Assembly: GCA_043228905.1 (NCBI GenBank)
Contig: JBHGNT010000007.1
Span: 9,672,001 to 9,736,000 of the forward strand
DNA from: Azolla caroliniana
Taxonomy: Eukaryota; Plantae; Polypodiophyta
Length of the DNA: 64,000 bases
Reading direction: 5' to 3'
Position 1 is the stretch's first letter, and each line of letters starts with the position of its first letter. The translations under genes were made by a program, and so were the position numbers. The notes below the pieces were generated by a model that did not search any database, was not told the origin of the DNA, and was given only the letters and a program-made list of their open reading frames with translations. Positions 38,202 to 52,191 of this stretch are shown in pieces.

Positions 38202-40062
38202 ACAACAAGTCTAGTACAGGTGGGAGACATCTTAGACGTAAAAAGTCTCATAATTAACAAATACAAGACATAAAACCTTGTGGTGATATAATCTACATGT
38301 AGTGGGTTACAACGGTTGCCTCGAATTCGAAATATCGATACGTATCGAATTTGAAAGGATAATACCCGTTGAAAAACATTAAACGTCTTATATGACTTGC
38401 TAGACCTAAAGCGTCTTTTGTGGCTTGCGCATTCAAAATTATTTCTTAGCATACATATCTAATTAAATGTTGCCTGGTAGATTTATTCACTCTATTCCTA
38501 ATTAGTGGGGAATCTTGCGTTTCTGCGATTTATGGTTGTAAAGAATCGATGGTAATGAGATAGAGCCTTCAAGATTATCAACTTCGTACTCCATTGTAGT
38601 CTAGTTGGTTAGGATAGTCGGCTTTCACCCGAGCGTGCCGGGTTCAAGTCCCGGCAATGGAAATATCAAGTCTAGTTTAGGTTGGAGACATCTTAGACGA
38701 AAAATCTCTCATAATTAACAAATACAACACATAAAACCTTGTGGTGACATAATCTACATGTGGATAGGATAGTCGGCTTTCACCCGAGCGACCCGGGTTC
38801 AAGTCTTCGCAATGGAAATATCAAGTCTAGTTCAGGTTGGAGACATCTTAGATGAAAAATCTCTCATAATTAACAAATACAAGACATAAAACCTTGTGGT
38901 GACATAATCTACATGGAGTGGGTTACAACGGATGCCTCGAATTCAAAATGTCCATACGTATCGAATTTGAAAGTATAATATGTGTTGAAAAACCTAAAAA
39001 GTCTCATATTACTTACGAAACCTAAAACGTCTCATGTTACTTGGGCACTTAAAATTAAGTCTTTCCATAGACATCTAATTAAATATTCCCTGTTAGAATT
39101 ATTCACTCTATTCCTAATCATTGTGGAATCTTGCGTTTCTGCGATTTATGGTTGTAAAGAATCGATGGTGATGAGAAAGAGCCTTCAACTCTATCAACTC
39201 CGTACTCCATTGTAGTCTAGTTGGTTAGGATACTCGGCTTTCACCCGAGCGACCCGGGTTCAAGTCCCGATAATGGAAACAACAAGTCTAGTACAGGTTG
39301 GTGACATCTTAGACGAGAAAAGTCTCAGAATTAACAAATACAAGACATAAAACCTTGTGGTGACATAATCTACATGTAGTGGGTTACAACTGTTGCATCG
39401 AATTCAAAATATCCATACATATCGAATTTGAAAGGATAATACGTGTTGAGAAACCGAAAAAGACTCATATTACTTGCGAAACCTAAAGCGTGTCATGTTA
39501 CTTGCGCACTTAAAATTAAGTCTTAGCATAGACATCTAATTAAATCTTGTCATGTTACTTGCGCACTTAAAATTAAGTCTTAGCATAGACATCTAATTAA
39601 ATCTTGCCTGGTAGAATTATTCACTCTAGTCCTAATCATTAAGGAATCTTGCATTTTTGCGATTTATGATTATAAAGAATCGATGGTGATGAGAAAGAAC
39701 TTTCAAATCTATCAATTCCGTACTCCATTGTAGTCTAGTTGGTTAGGATACTCGGCTTTCACTTGAGCGACCCGGGTTCAAGTCCCGGCAATGGAAACAA
39801 CAAGTCTAGTACAGGTGGGAGACATCTTAGACGAAAAAAGTCTCATAATTAACAAATACAAGACATAAAACCTTGTGGTGATATAATCTACATGTAGTGG
39901 GTTACAACGGTTGCCTCGAATTCGAAATATTGATACGTATCGAATTTGAAAGGATAATACCTGTTGAAAAACATTAAACGTCTTATATGACTTGCTAGAC
40001 CTAAAGCGTCTTTTGTGGCTTGCGCATTCATAATTATGTCTTAGCATACATATCTATGTAAA

Positions 40063-40536
40063 TGTCACTCTCTCTCTTACGCACTGTATAGAAGTTACAC
40101 CAATAACTCTATCATAATACACATTGAGTTTGCCCTAGCTCATATTTATACTAATATGACTTTCGGGCTATTTAAAAATATAGCCCTAGTGGGCTCTCCG
40201 GAACATATTTACATATATGTCCCTTTCATCCGATGACAGGTTCTCACCGGGCCTGTAACATCCGCTTCTCACCGGGTCTTCCTTGCCGGGTACTCGTCAT
40301 CCGGTTCTTGCCAGGTCTTCCGTTGCCGGGTACTCCACATCCAATTCTCAACAGGTCTACAACACCCGGTTCTCACCGGGTCTTCCTTGCCGGGTACTCG
40401 TCATCCAGTTCTCACCGGGTTTTCCGTTACCGGGTACTCCACATCTGGTTCTCACCAGGTTTACCACATCCGGTTCTCACCGGGTCTTCCTTGCCGGGTA
40501 CTTTGTATCCCATCCGGAGGGACGGAGATCCTAACA
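40063..40536 (-). mobile_element. Duplicated partial LTR of E2 retaining the true LTR 5' terminus
   Basis: Near-identical to 11924-12310 and extends to ...ggagggacggagatcctaaca (minus strand TGTTAGGATC...), followed by array spacer agcgtctcat. Confidence 0.9.
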
Positions 40537-43500
40537 AGCGTCTCATACGACTTGCGCATTCAAAATTAGTTCTTAGCATAAATATCTAATTAAATCTTGT
40601 CGGCTAGAATTATTCACTTTATTCCTAGTCATTGAGGAATCTTTTAATTTGATAAAAAATTCCTCTTCTATAACATAAAGCTTAACATATTAGCCGATTG
40701 AACTCAACTTCACTCGTATCGAAAGTACGAGGTATATAATTTAATTAAAGTAATGACATTTCATGACAATTCATTCAAGGGGATAAAATCACATTTCACT
40801 TTAAAGGAAACATAGATCATGCTCTCCTTTAGTAAACGAAGAACCACGAAGGCAACACTAGGATATCATGTGTCATCTTGCATTTCCACAATTTATGGTT
40901 AATTGAGATTTTTTTTTTTTAGAGAAACACCCTTAAACTTTGTCAACTCCATACTCCGTAATTGTCTACTTGGTTAGGATACTCGGCTTTCACCCGAGCA
41001 ACCCGGGTTGAAGACTCGGCAATGGGAACATTAAGTCTAGTTCAAGTTGCATACATTATATATGAAAAAAGTCTCACAATTGATAAATACAAGACATAAA
41101 ACCTTGTCGTGACATAATCTGCATGTAGTGGGTTACAATGGTTGCCTCATAATCTACATGTAGTGGGTTACAATGGTTGCCTCCAATTCCAAATATCCAT
41201 ACATATCGAATTTGAAAGGATAATACGTGTTTAAAAACCTAAAGTGTCTCATGTGACTTGCGCATTCAAAAATAAGTCTTCCATAAATATCTAATTAAAT
41301 CTTGTAGGTTAGAATTATTCACTCTATTCCTAATCATTGAGGAATCTTTTAATTTGATAAAAAAATCGTCTTCTATAACATATTAGCCGATTGAACTCAA
41401 TTTCACTCGTATCGAATGTACGAGGTCTATTGTTTAATTAAAGTAATGACATTTCTGGACAATTCATTCAAGGGGATAAAATCACATTTCACTTAAAAGG
41501 AAATATACTTGATGCTCTCCTTTAGTAAACGAAGAATCACGAAGGCAACACTAGGATATCATGTGCCATCTTGCGTTTCCGCAATTTATGGTTGATTGAG
41601 ATTTTATTTTATTTTAGAAATACATCCTTCAACTTTGTTAACTCCATACTCCATTGTAATCTAGTTGGTTAAAATCTAGTCTCATGTTACTTGCGCATTG
41701 AAAATTTGGTCTTACCATAAACATCTAATTAAATCTTGTCGTTTAGAATTATTTAATCTATTCCTAATCATTGAGGAATCTTGCGTTTCTTCAATTTATG
41801 GTGAATTGAGATTTTATTTTATTTTCGAGAAACGTCCTTCAACTTTATCAGCTTCATACTCCATTGTACTCTAGTTGGTTAGGATACTCGGCTTTCACCC
41901 GAGCGACCCGTGTTCAAGTCTCGACAATGGAAATATAAGGTCTAGTTCAGGTTGCTTCTTATACAAGAAAAGTCTCATAATTGACAAATAAAAGACATAA
42001 AACCTTGTGGTGACATATTTTGCATATAGTGGGTTACAATGGTTGCCTCCTATTCAAAATATCCATACGTATCAAATTTGAAAACATAATACGTGTTGAA
42101 AAACCTCAACCGTCTCATGTTACTTACACATTCAAAAGTTGGTCTTACCATAAATATCTAATTAAATCTTGTCGGTTAGAATTATTCACTCTACTCCTAA
42201 TCATTGAGGAATCTTCTAATTTGATAAAGAAATCATCTTCTATAACATAAAGCTTAATATATTAGCATATTGAACGCAATTTCACTCGTATCAAAAGTAC
42301 GAGGTATATTGTTTAATTAAAGTAACAACATTTCTCGACAATTCATTCAAGGGGATAAAATCAAATTTCACAAAGGAAACATACTTGATGCTCTCCTTTA
42401 GTAAACGAAGAACCACGAAGGCAAAACTAGGATGTAATGTGTCATCTTCCGTTTCCACAATTTCTGGTTAACTGAGATTTTATTTGATTTTACAGAAAAA
42501 TCCTTCAACTTTGTCAATTCCATATTCCATTGTAGTCTAGCTAGGTAGGATACTCGGCTTTCAACCGAGTGACCCGGGTTCATGTCCCCGCCATGGAAAC
42601 ATCAAGTGTAGTTCAGGTTGCATGACCTACGAAAAATGTCTCATAATTGACAAATACAAGACATAAAACCTTGTGGTGATATAATATACATGTAGTTGGT
42701 TACAATGGTAGCCACCAATTCCCAATTCTCAATTGTATTCAAGGGGATAAAATCACATTTCACTTAAAAGGAAACATAGTTGATGTTCTCCTTTAGTAAA
42801 CGAAGAACCACGAAGGCAACAGTAGGATATCATGTGTCATTTTGTGTTTCCGCAATTTATGGTTAATTGAGATTTTATTTTATTTTAGAGAAATATCCTT
42901 CAACTTTGTCAACTCAATACTCCATTGTAGTCTAGCTGGTAAGGATAGTCGGGTTTCACCCGAGCGAGCCGTGTTCAAGTCTCGGCAATGGAAATACCAA
43001 GTCTAGTTCAAGTTGGATACATCTTATACAAAAAAAGTCTCATAATTGACAAATACAAGACATAAAACCTTGTATTCACATACACAATCTACATGTAGTG
43101 GGTTACAATGGTTGCCTTCAATTCTAAATATCGCTACGTATCGAATTTGAAAGGATAATACGTGTTGAAAAACCTAAAGCGTCGCATGTGACTTGGGCAT
43201 TCAAAATTAAGTTTTACAATAAATATCTAACTAAATCTTGGCAGTTAGAATTATTCACTCTGTTCCTAATCATTGCGAAGTCTTGCATTTCTACAATTTA
43301 TGATTAATTGAGATTTTATTTTATTTTAGAGAAACATCCTTCAACTTTGTCAACTCCATACTCCACTGTAGTCTAGTTGGTTAGGAAACTCAACTTTCAC
43401 CCGAGCAAACCGGGTTCAAGGCCCGGTAATGGAAACATCAAATCTAGTTCAAGGTGCATACATCTTATATGAAAAAAGTCTCATAATCATTCAGGAATCT

Positions 43501-46500
43501 TTTAGTTTTATAAAAATATCGTCTTCTATAACATAAAGCTTTACATATTAGCCGATTGAACTCAATTTCCCTCGTATCATAAGTAGGAGGTATATTGTTT
43601 AATTAAAGTAACGACATTTTCCGATAATTCATTCAAGGGGATAAAATCACATTTCATTTAAAACGAAACATGCTTGATCATCTCCTTTAGTAAACGAAGA
43701 ACCACGAAGGCAACACTAGGATATCATGTGTCATGTTGCGTTTCTGCAATTTATGGTTAATAAAGATTTTATTTTATTTTAGAGAAACATCCTTCCGTTT
43801 ATCAACTCCATGCTCCATTGTAGTCTAGTTCGTTAGGATACTCGGCGTTCACCCGAGCGAACCGGGTTCATATCCGGGCAATGGAAATATCAAGTGTAGT
43901 TCAAGCTGCAATTTATTGTTAATTGACATTTTATTTTATTTTCGAGAAACATCCTTCAACTTTATCAACTCCATACTCCATTGTAGTCTAGTTGGTTAGG
44001 ATACTAGTGTTTCACCCGAGTGACCCGGGTGCAAGTCCCGACAATGGAAACATCAAGTCTAGTTCAGGTTGCATCCTGTATGAAAAAAGTCGCATAATTG
44101 ACAAATACAAGACATAAAACCTTGTCGTGACATAATCTACATGTAGTGGGTTACAATGGTTGCCTCCAATTCAAAATACGTGTTGACAAACCTAAAGCGT
44201 ATCATGTGACTTGCGCATTCAGAATTAAGTCTTACCATAAATATCTACTTAAATCTTGGCGGTTTGAATTATTCACTCTATTCCTAATCATTGAGGAATC
44301 TTGCATGTAGTGGGTTACAATGGTTGCCTCCAGTTCAAAATATCCATACGTATCGAATTTGAAAGGATTATACGTGTTGAAAAACCTAAAGCTTCTCATG
44401 TGACTAGTGCATTCAAAATTAAGTCTTAGCATAAATATCTAATTAAATCTTGCCAGAAATATCTAATTAAATCTTGCATGTTAGAATTGTTCACTCTATT
44501 CCTAATCATTGAGGAATCCTGCGTTTCAACAATTTATGGTTAATTGAGATTTTATTTTATTTTATAGAAAGAGTCTTCCACTCTATCAACTTAGTACTCC
44601 ATTGTAGTCTAGTTGGTTAGGATACTTGGCTTTCACCCAAGCGACCCGGGTTCAAGTCCCGGTAATGGAAACATCAAGTGTAGTTCAGTTGCATCTTCTA
44701 CAAAAAAAGTGTCATAATTAACAAATACAAGACATAAAACCTTGTGGTGACATAATCTACATGTAGTGGGTTACAATGGTTTCCTACAATTCAAAATATT
44801 CATACGTATCGAATTTGAAAGGATAATACATGTTGAAAAACCTAAAGTGTCTCATGTGACTAGTGCATTCAAAATTAAGTCTTAGCATCAATATCTAATT
44901 AAATCTTGCCATAAATATTTAATTAAATTTTGCCTATTAGAATTATTCACTCTATTCCTAATCATTGTGGAATCTTGCGTTTCAACAATTTATGGTTAGT
45001 TGAGATTTTATTTTATTTTAAAGAAAGATGCTTCAACTATATTAACTCTATACTCCATTGTAGTCTAGGTTGGTAGGATACTCAGCTTTCACCCCAGCAA
45101 CCCGGGTTCAAGTACCGGCCATGGAAACAGCAAGTCTAGTTCAGGTTGCGTCTTGTAAAATAAAATTCTCATAATTAATAATTACAAGACATATAACCTT
45201 GTGGTGACATAATTTACATGTTGTGGGTTACAATGGTTGGCTCCAATTAGAAATATCCATACGTATCGAATTTGAAAGGATAATACGTGTTGGAAAACGT
45301 AAAACGTCTCATGTGACTTGCGCATTCAAAATTAAGTCTTACCATAAATATTTTATTAAATCTTGATTCTTGGAATTATTAACTATATTCCTAATCATTG
45401 AGGAATGTTGCGTTTCTACAATTGATGGTTAATTAAGATTTTATTTTATTTTAGAGAAACATCCTTCAACTCTATCAACTCTGTACTCCATTCTAGTCTA
45501 GTTGCTTAGGATAGTTGGCTTTCACCCGATCGACCCGGGTTCAAGTCCCGACAATCGAAACATCAAGTCTAGTTCAAGTTGCATCTTGCACAAAAAAGTC
45601 TCATAATTGATAAATACAAGGCATAAAACCTTGTGGTGACTTAATCTACATGTAGTGGGTTACCATGTTTGCCTGTAATTCAAAATATCCATACGTATCG
45701 AATTCGAAAGGATAATACGTGTTGAAAAACCTAAAGCGTCTCATATGACTTGACCATTCTAAATTAAGTCTTACAATAAATATCTAATTAAATCTTGGCT
45801 GTTAGAATTATTCACTCTATTCCTAATCATTGAGGAATCTTGCGTTTCTGCAATTTATCATTAATTGAGATTTTATTATATTTTAGAGAAATATCCTTTA
45901 ATATTATTTTAGAGAGACAACAAGTCTAGGTCAAGTTCTATCTTGTACGAAAAAGTCTCATAATTAACAAATACAAGACATAAAAGCTTGTGGTGACATC
46001 ATCTACATGTAGTGGGTTACAATGGTTGCCCCCAATTCGAAATATCCATACGTATCGAATTGGAAAGGATAATACGTGTTGAAAAACCTGAAGTGTCTCA
46101 TGTGACTTGCGTAGTCAAAATTAAGTCTTAGCATAAATATGTAATTAAATCTTGCATGTTAGAATTATTCACTCTATTCCTAATGATTTAGAAATCTTGC
46201 GTTTCTGCAATTTATGGTTAATTGAGATCTTATTTTATTTTAGAGAAAGATACTTCAACTCTATCAACTCTGTAGTCCATTGTAGTCTAGTTGATTAGGA
46301 TAATCGGCTTTCACTCGAGCGGCGCGGGTTCAAGTCCTGGCAATCGAAACATCAAGTCTAGTGCAAGTTGGATCTTGTACGAAAAAGTCTCATAATTGAC
46401 AAATACAAGGCATAAAACTTGGTAGTGATATATTCTACATGTAGTGGGTTACAATGGTTGCCTCCAATTCAAAATATCCATTTCGAATTTGAAAGGATAA

Positions 46501-49500
46501 TACTTGTTAAAAAACCTAAAGCGTCTCATGTGACTTGTGCATTTAAAATTAAGTCTTAGCATAAGTATTTAATTAAATCTTGCATGTTAGAATTATTCAC
46601 TCTATTCCTAATCATTGGGGAATCTTTCGTTTCCGCAATTTATGGTTAATTGAGATTTTATTTTATTTTAGAGAAAGATCCTTCAACTCTATTAACTCCG
46701 TACTCCATTGTAGTCTAGTTGGTTAGGATATTCGGCTTTCACCCGAGCGACCCGGGTTCAAGTCCCGACAATGGAAACAATAAGTCTAGTTCGGGTTGCA
46801 TCTTGTAAAAAAAAAGTCTCATAATTAGGAAATACGAGACATAAAACGTTGTTGTGATATAATCTACATGAAGTGGCTTAACATGGTTTCCTCCAATTTC
46901 AAATATCCATGCGTATCGTATTGGAAAGGATAATACGTGTTGAAAAATCTAAAGCGTTTCATGTGACTAGTGCATCCAAAATTAAGTCTTAGCATAAATA
47001 TCTAATTAAATCTTGCCATAAATATCTAATTAAATCTTGCATGTTAGAATTATTCACTCTATTCCTAATGATTGAGGAATCTTGCGTTTCTGCAATTTAT
47101 GGTTAATTGAGATTTTATTGTATTTTAGAGAAAGAGCTTTCAAATCTATCAACTCCGTACTCCATTGTAGTCTAGTTTGTTAGGATACACGGCTTTTAGC
47201 CGAGCGACCCCGGTTCAAGTCCTGGGAATGGGAACAACAAGTCTAGTTCAGGTTGGATACATCTTGTAAAAAAAAAGTCTCATAATTAACAAATACAAGA
47301 CATAAAACGTTGTGGTGACATAATCTACATGTAGTGGGTTAAAATGGTTGCCTCCAATTCGAAATATCCATACCTATCGAATCGGAAAGGATAATACGTG
47401 TTAAAAAACCTCAAGCGTCTCATGTGACATGCGCATTAGAAATTACGTCTTAGCATAAATATGTAATTAAATCTTGCCTGTTAGAATGATTCACTATTTT
47501 CATAATCATTGAGGAATCTTGCGTTTCTGCAATTTATGGTTAATGGAAATTTATTTCATTTTAGAGAAAGATTCTTCAACTTTATCAACTCCATACTCCA
47601 TTGTAGTTTAGTTGGTTAGGATACTCGACTTTCATCCAAGCGACCCGAGTTCAAGTCCCAGCAATGCAAACAACAAGTCTAATTTAGGTTGGATACATCT
47701 TAGACGAAAAATGTCTCATAATTAACAAAGACAAGACATAAAACCTTGTAGTGACATAATCGACATGTAGTGGGTTAAAATGGTTGCCTCCAATTCAAAA
47801 TATCCATACGTATCGAATTTGAAAGGATAATACGTGTTGAAAAACCTAAAACGTCTCATGTGACGAGTGTATTCAAAATTATGTCTTACCATAAATATCT
47901 AATTAAATCTTGCCTGTTAGACTTATTGAGTCTATTCCTAATCATTGAGGAGTCTTGCATTTTTGAAATTTATGGTTAATTGAGATTTTATTTTATTTTA
48001 GAGAAAGATGCTTCAACTATATCAATTCCGTACTCCATTGTAGTCTGGTTGGTTAGGATACTCAGCTTTCACTCGAGCGACCCGGGTTCAAGTCCCGGTA
48101 ATGGAAACATCAAGTCTAGTTCAGGCTGCTTCTTCTACTAAAAAAGTCTCATAATTAAAATATACAAGACGTAAAACCTTGTGGTGACATAATCTACATG
48201 TAGTGGATTACAATGGTTGCCTATAATTCAAACTATCTATTAAATCTCGCGTTTCTGCAATTCATGGTTAATGGAAATTTTATTTTATTTTAGAGTAAGA
48301 TCCTTCAACTCTATTAACGCCGTACTCCATTATAGTTTAGTTGGTTAGGATACCCGCCTTGTAAAAAAAAAGTCTCATAATTAACAAATACAACACATAG
48401 ACCCTTGTGGAGACATAATCTACATTTAGTGGGTTACAATGGTTGCCTACAATTCAAAATATTCATACGTATCGAATTTGAAAGGATAACACGTGTTGAA
48501 AAACCTAAAGCGTCTCATGTGACGAGTGCATTCAAAATTAAGTCTTAGTATAAATATCTAATTAAATCTTCCCATAAATATTTAAGTAAATCTTGCCTGT
48601 TAGAATTATTGAGTCTATTCCAAATCATTGAGGAGTCTTGTGTTTTTGAAATTTATGGGTAATTGAGATTTTCTCTTATTTTAGAAAAATATGCTTCAAC
48701 TAGATCAACTCCGTATTCCATGGTAGTCTAGTTGGGTAGGATACTCGGCTTTCAACCGAGCAACCCAAGTTCAAGTATCGGCAGTGGAAACAACATGTCT
48801 AGTTCATGTTGCATCTTGTAAAAAATAAGTCTCATAATTAATAAATACAAGACATAAAACCTTCTGTTGACATAATCTACATGTAGTGGGTTACAATGGT
48901 TGGCTCCAATTCGAAATATCCATACGTATCGAATTTGAAAGGATAATACGTGTTGGAAAAGTAATGCGTCTCATGTGACTTGCGAATTCAAAATTACGTC
49001 TTTGCATAAATCTCTAATTAAATCTTGCTTGTTGGAATTATTAACTATATTCCTAATCATTAACAAATATTGCGTTTCTCCAATTTATGGTTAATTGAGA
49101 TCTTATTTTATTTTAAAGAATCATCCTTCAACTCTATCAACTCTGTACTCCGTTGTAATCTTGTTGGTTAGATACTCGTCTTTCACTTGAGCGACCCGTG
49201 TTCAAGTCCCGGTAATGGAAACAACAAGTCTAGTTTAGGCTGCATCTTGTAAAAAAAAAGTCTCATAACTAACAAATACAAGACATAGACCCTTGTAGAG
49301 ACATAATCTACATTTAGTGGGTTACAATGGTTGCCTACAATTCAAAATATTCATACGTATCGAATTTGAAAGGACAATACGTGTTGAAAAACCTAAAGTG
49401 TCTCATGTGACTAGTGCATTCAAAATTAAGTCTTAGCATAAATATCTAATTAAATCTTGCCAGAAATTTCTAATTAATTCTTGCATGTTAAAATTATTCA

Positions 49501-49603
49501 CTCTATTCCTAACCATTGAGGAATCTTTCGTTTCTGCAATTTATGGTTAATTGAGATTTTATTTTATTTTAGAGAAAAACTTTCAACTCTATCAACTCTA
49601 TAC

Positions 49604-49676
49604 TCCATTGTAGTCTAGTTGGTTAGGATACTCGGCTTTCACCCGAGCGACCCGGGTTCAAGTCCCGGCAATGGAA
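49604..49676 (+). tRNA. tRNA-Glu(TTC), perfect consensus
   Basis: Identical to consensus. Confidence 0.9.
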
Positions 49677-52118
49677 ACAACAAGTCTAGTTCAGGTTGGA
49701 CACAGCTTAGACGAAAAAAGTCTCATAATTAACAAATACAATACATAAAACCTTGTGGTGACATAATCTACATGTAGTGGGTTACAACGGTTGCATCAAA
49801 TTCAAAATATCCATATGTATCGAATTTGAAAGGATAATACGTGTTGAAAAACCTAAAACGTCTGATATCACTTGCGAAACCGAAAGCGTCTCATGTGACT
49901 TGCGCATTCAAATTTAAATCTTAGCATAGATATCTAATTAAATCTTGCCTGTCAAAGTTATTCACTCTATTCCTAATCATTGAGGAATCTTGCGTTTCTG
50001 CGATTTATTATTGTAAAGAAGCGATGGTGATGAGAAAGAACCTTTGACTCTATCAACTTTGTACTCCATTGTAGTCTAGTTGGTTAGGATACTCGGCTTT
50101 CTCCCGAGCGACCCAGGTTCAAGTCCCGGCAATGGAAACAACAAGTCTAGTACACGTGGGACACATCTTAGACGAAAAAAGTCTCATAATTAACAAATAC
50201 AAGACATAAAACCTTGTGGTGACATAATCTACATGTAGTGGTTTAGAACAGTTGCATCGAATTCAAAATATCTATACGTATCGAATCTCAAAGGATAATA
50301 CGTGTTGGAAAACTTAAAACGTCTGATATCACTTGCGAAACCTAAAGCGTGTCATGTGACTTGCGCATTCAAATTTAAGTCTTAGCATAGATATCTAATT
50401 AAATCTTGCCTGTTAGAGTTATTCACTCTATTCCTAATCATTGAGGAATCTTGCGTTTCTGCGATTTATTATTGTAAAGAAGCGATGGTGATGAGAAAGA
50501 ACCTTTAACGCTATCAACTTTGTACTCCATTGTAGTCTAGTTGGTTAGGATACTCGGCTTTCTCCCGAGCGACCCAGGTTCAAGTCCCGGCAATGGAAAC
50601 AACAAGTCTAGTACAGGTGGGAGACATCTTAGACGAAAAAAGGTCTCATAATTAACAAATACAAGACATAAAACCTTGTGGTGATATAATCTACATGTAG
50701 TGGGTTACAACGGTTGCCTCGAATTCGAAATATCGATACGGATCGAATTTGAAAGGATAATACCCGTTGAAAAAATAAAACGTCTTATATGACTTGCTAG
50801 ACCTAAAGCGTCTTTTGTGGATTGCGCATTCAAAATTATGTCTTAGCAACATATCTAATTAAATGTTGCCTGGTAGAATTATTCACTCTATTCCTAATTA
50901 GTGGGGAATCTTGCGTTTCTGCGATTTATGGTTGTAAAGAATCGATGGTAATGAGAAAGAGCCTTCAAGATTATCAACTTCGTACTCCATTGTAGTCTAG
51001 TTGGTTAGGATACTCGGCTTTCACCCGAGCGACCCGGGATCAAGTCCCGGCAATGGAAATATCAAGTCTAGTTTAGGTTGGAGACATCTTAGACGAAAAA
51101 TCTATCATAATTAACAAATACAACACATAAAACCTTGTGGTGACATAATCTACATGTGGATAGAATAGTCGGCTTTCACCCGAGCGACTCGGGTTCAAGT
51201 CTTCGCAATGGAAACAACAAGTCTAGTTCAGGTTGAGACATCTTAGACGAAAAATCTCTCATAATTAACAAATACAAGACATAAAACCATGTGGTGACAT
51301 AATCTACATGAAGTGGGTTACAACGGATGCCTCGAATTCAAAATATCCATACGTATCGAATTTGAAAGTATAATACGTGTTGAAAAACCTAAAGAGTTTC
51401 ATATTACTTACGAAACCTAAAGCGTCTCATGTTACTTGGGCACTTAAAATTAAGTCTTACCATAGACATCTAATTAAATATTGCCTGTTAGAATTATTCA
51501 CTCTATTCCTAGTCATTGTGGAATCTTGCGTTTCTGCGATTTATGGTTGTAAAGAATCGATGGTGATGAGAAAGTGCCTTCAACTCTATCAATTCCGTAC
51601 TCTAGTGTAGTCTAGTTGGTTAGGATACTCGGCTTTCACCCGAGCAACCCGGGTTCAAGTCCCGGCAATGGAAACAACAAGTCTAGTTCAGGGTGGAGAC
51701 ATCTTAGACGAGAAAAGTCTCATAATTAACAAATACAAGACATAAAACCTTGTGGTGACATAATCTACATGTAGCGGGTTACAACTGTTGCATCGAATTC
51801 AAAATATCCATACGTATCGAATTTGAAAGGATAATACGTGTTGAAAAACCGAAAAAGTCTTATATTACTTGCGAAACCTAAATCGTGTCATGTTACTTGC
51901 GCACTTAAAATTAAGTCTTAGCATAGACATCTAATTAAATCTTGTAATGTTACTTGCGCACTTAAAATTAAGTCTTAGCATAGACATCTAATTAAATCTT
52001 GCCCGTTAGAATTATTCACTCTAGTCCTAATCATTAAGGAATCTTGCATTTTTGCGATTTATGATTATAAAGAATCGATGGTGATGAGAAAGAGCTTTCA
52101 ACTCTATTAATTCCGTAC

Positions 52119-52191
52119 TCCATTGTAGTCTAGTTGGTTAGGATACTCGGCTTTCACCTGAGCGACCCGGGTTCAAGTCCCGGCAATGGAA
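52119..52191 (+). tRNA. tRNA-Glu(TTC), G30-T40 variant
   Basis: CTCGG/CTGAG stem. Confidence 0.82.

Larger units (their letters stand above)
33970..39723 (+). repeat. 2310-bp higher-order repeat (5 full + 1 truncated tRNA), ~2.5 copies
   Basis: tRNA starts 33970/36280/38590, 34586/36896/39206, 35104/37414, 35537/37847, 35819/38129; spacings 616+518+433+282+461 = 2310. Confidence 0.9.
40063..50200 (+). repeat. Segmental duplicate of ~11924-22350
   Basis: Shared private variants at offsets 28139, then 29399 (ORFs 12621/42020, 14833/44232), then ~27845. Confidence 0.92.

Noticed and set aside
40536-40955. Ty1-like targeting of copia elements upstream of tRNA genes
   Set aside because: Any insertion in this array is near a tRNA, and only one clean junction exists, so there is no evidence of preference
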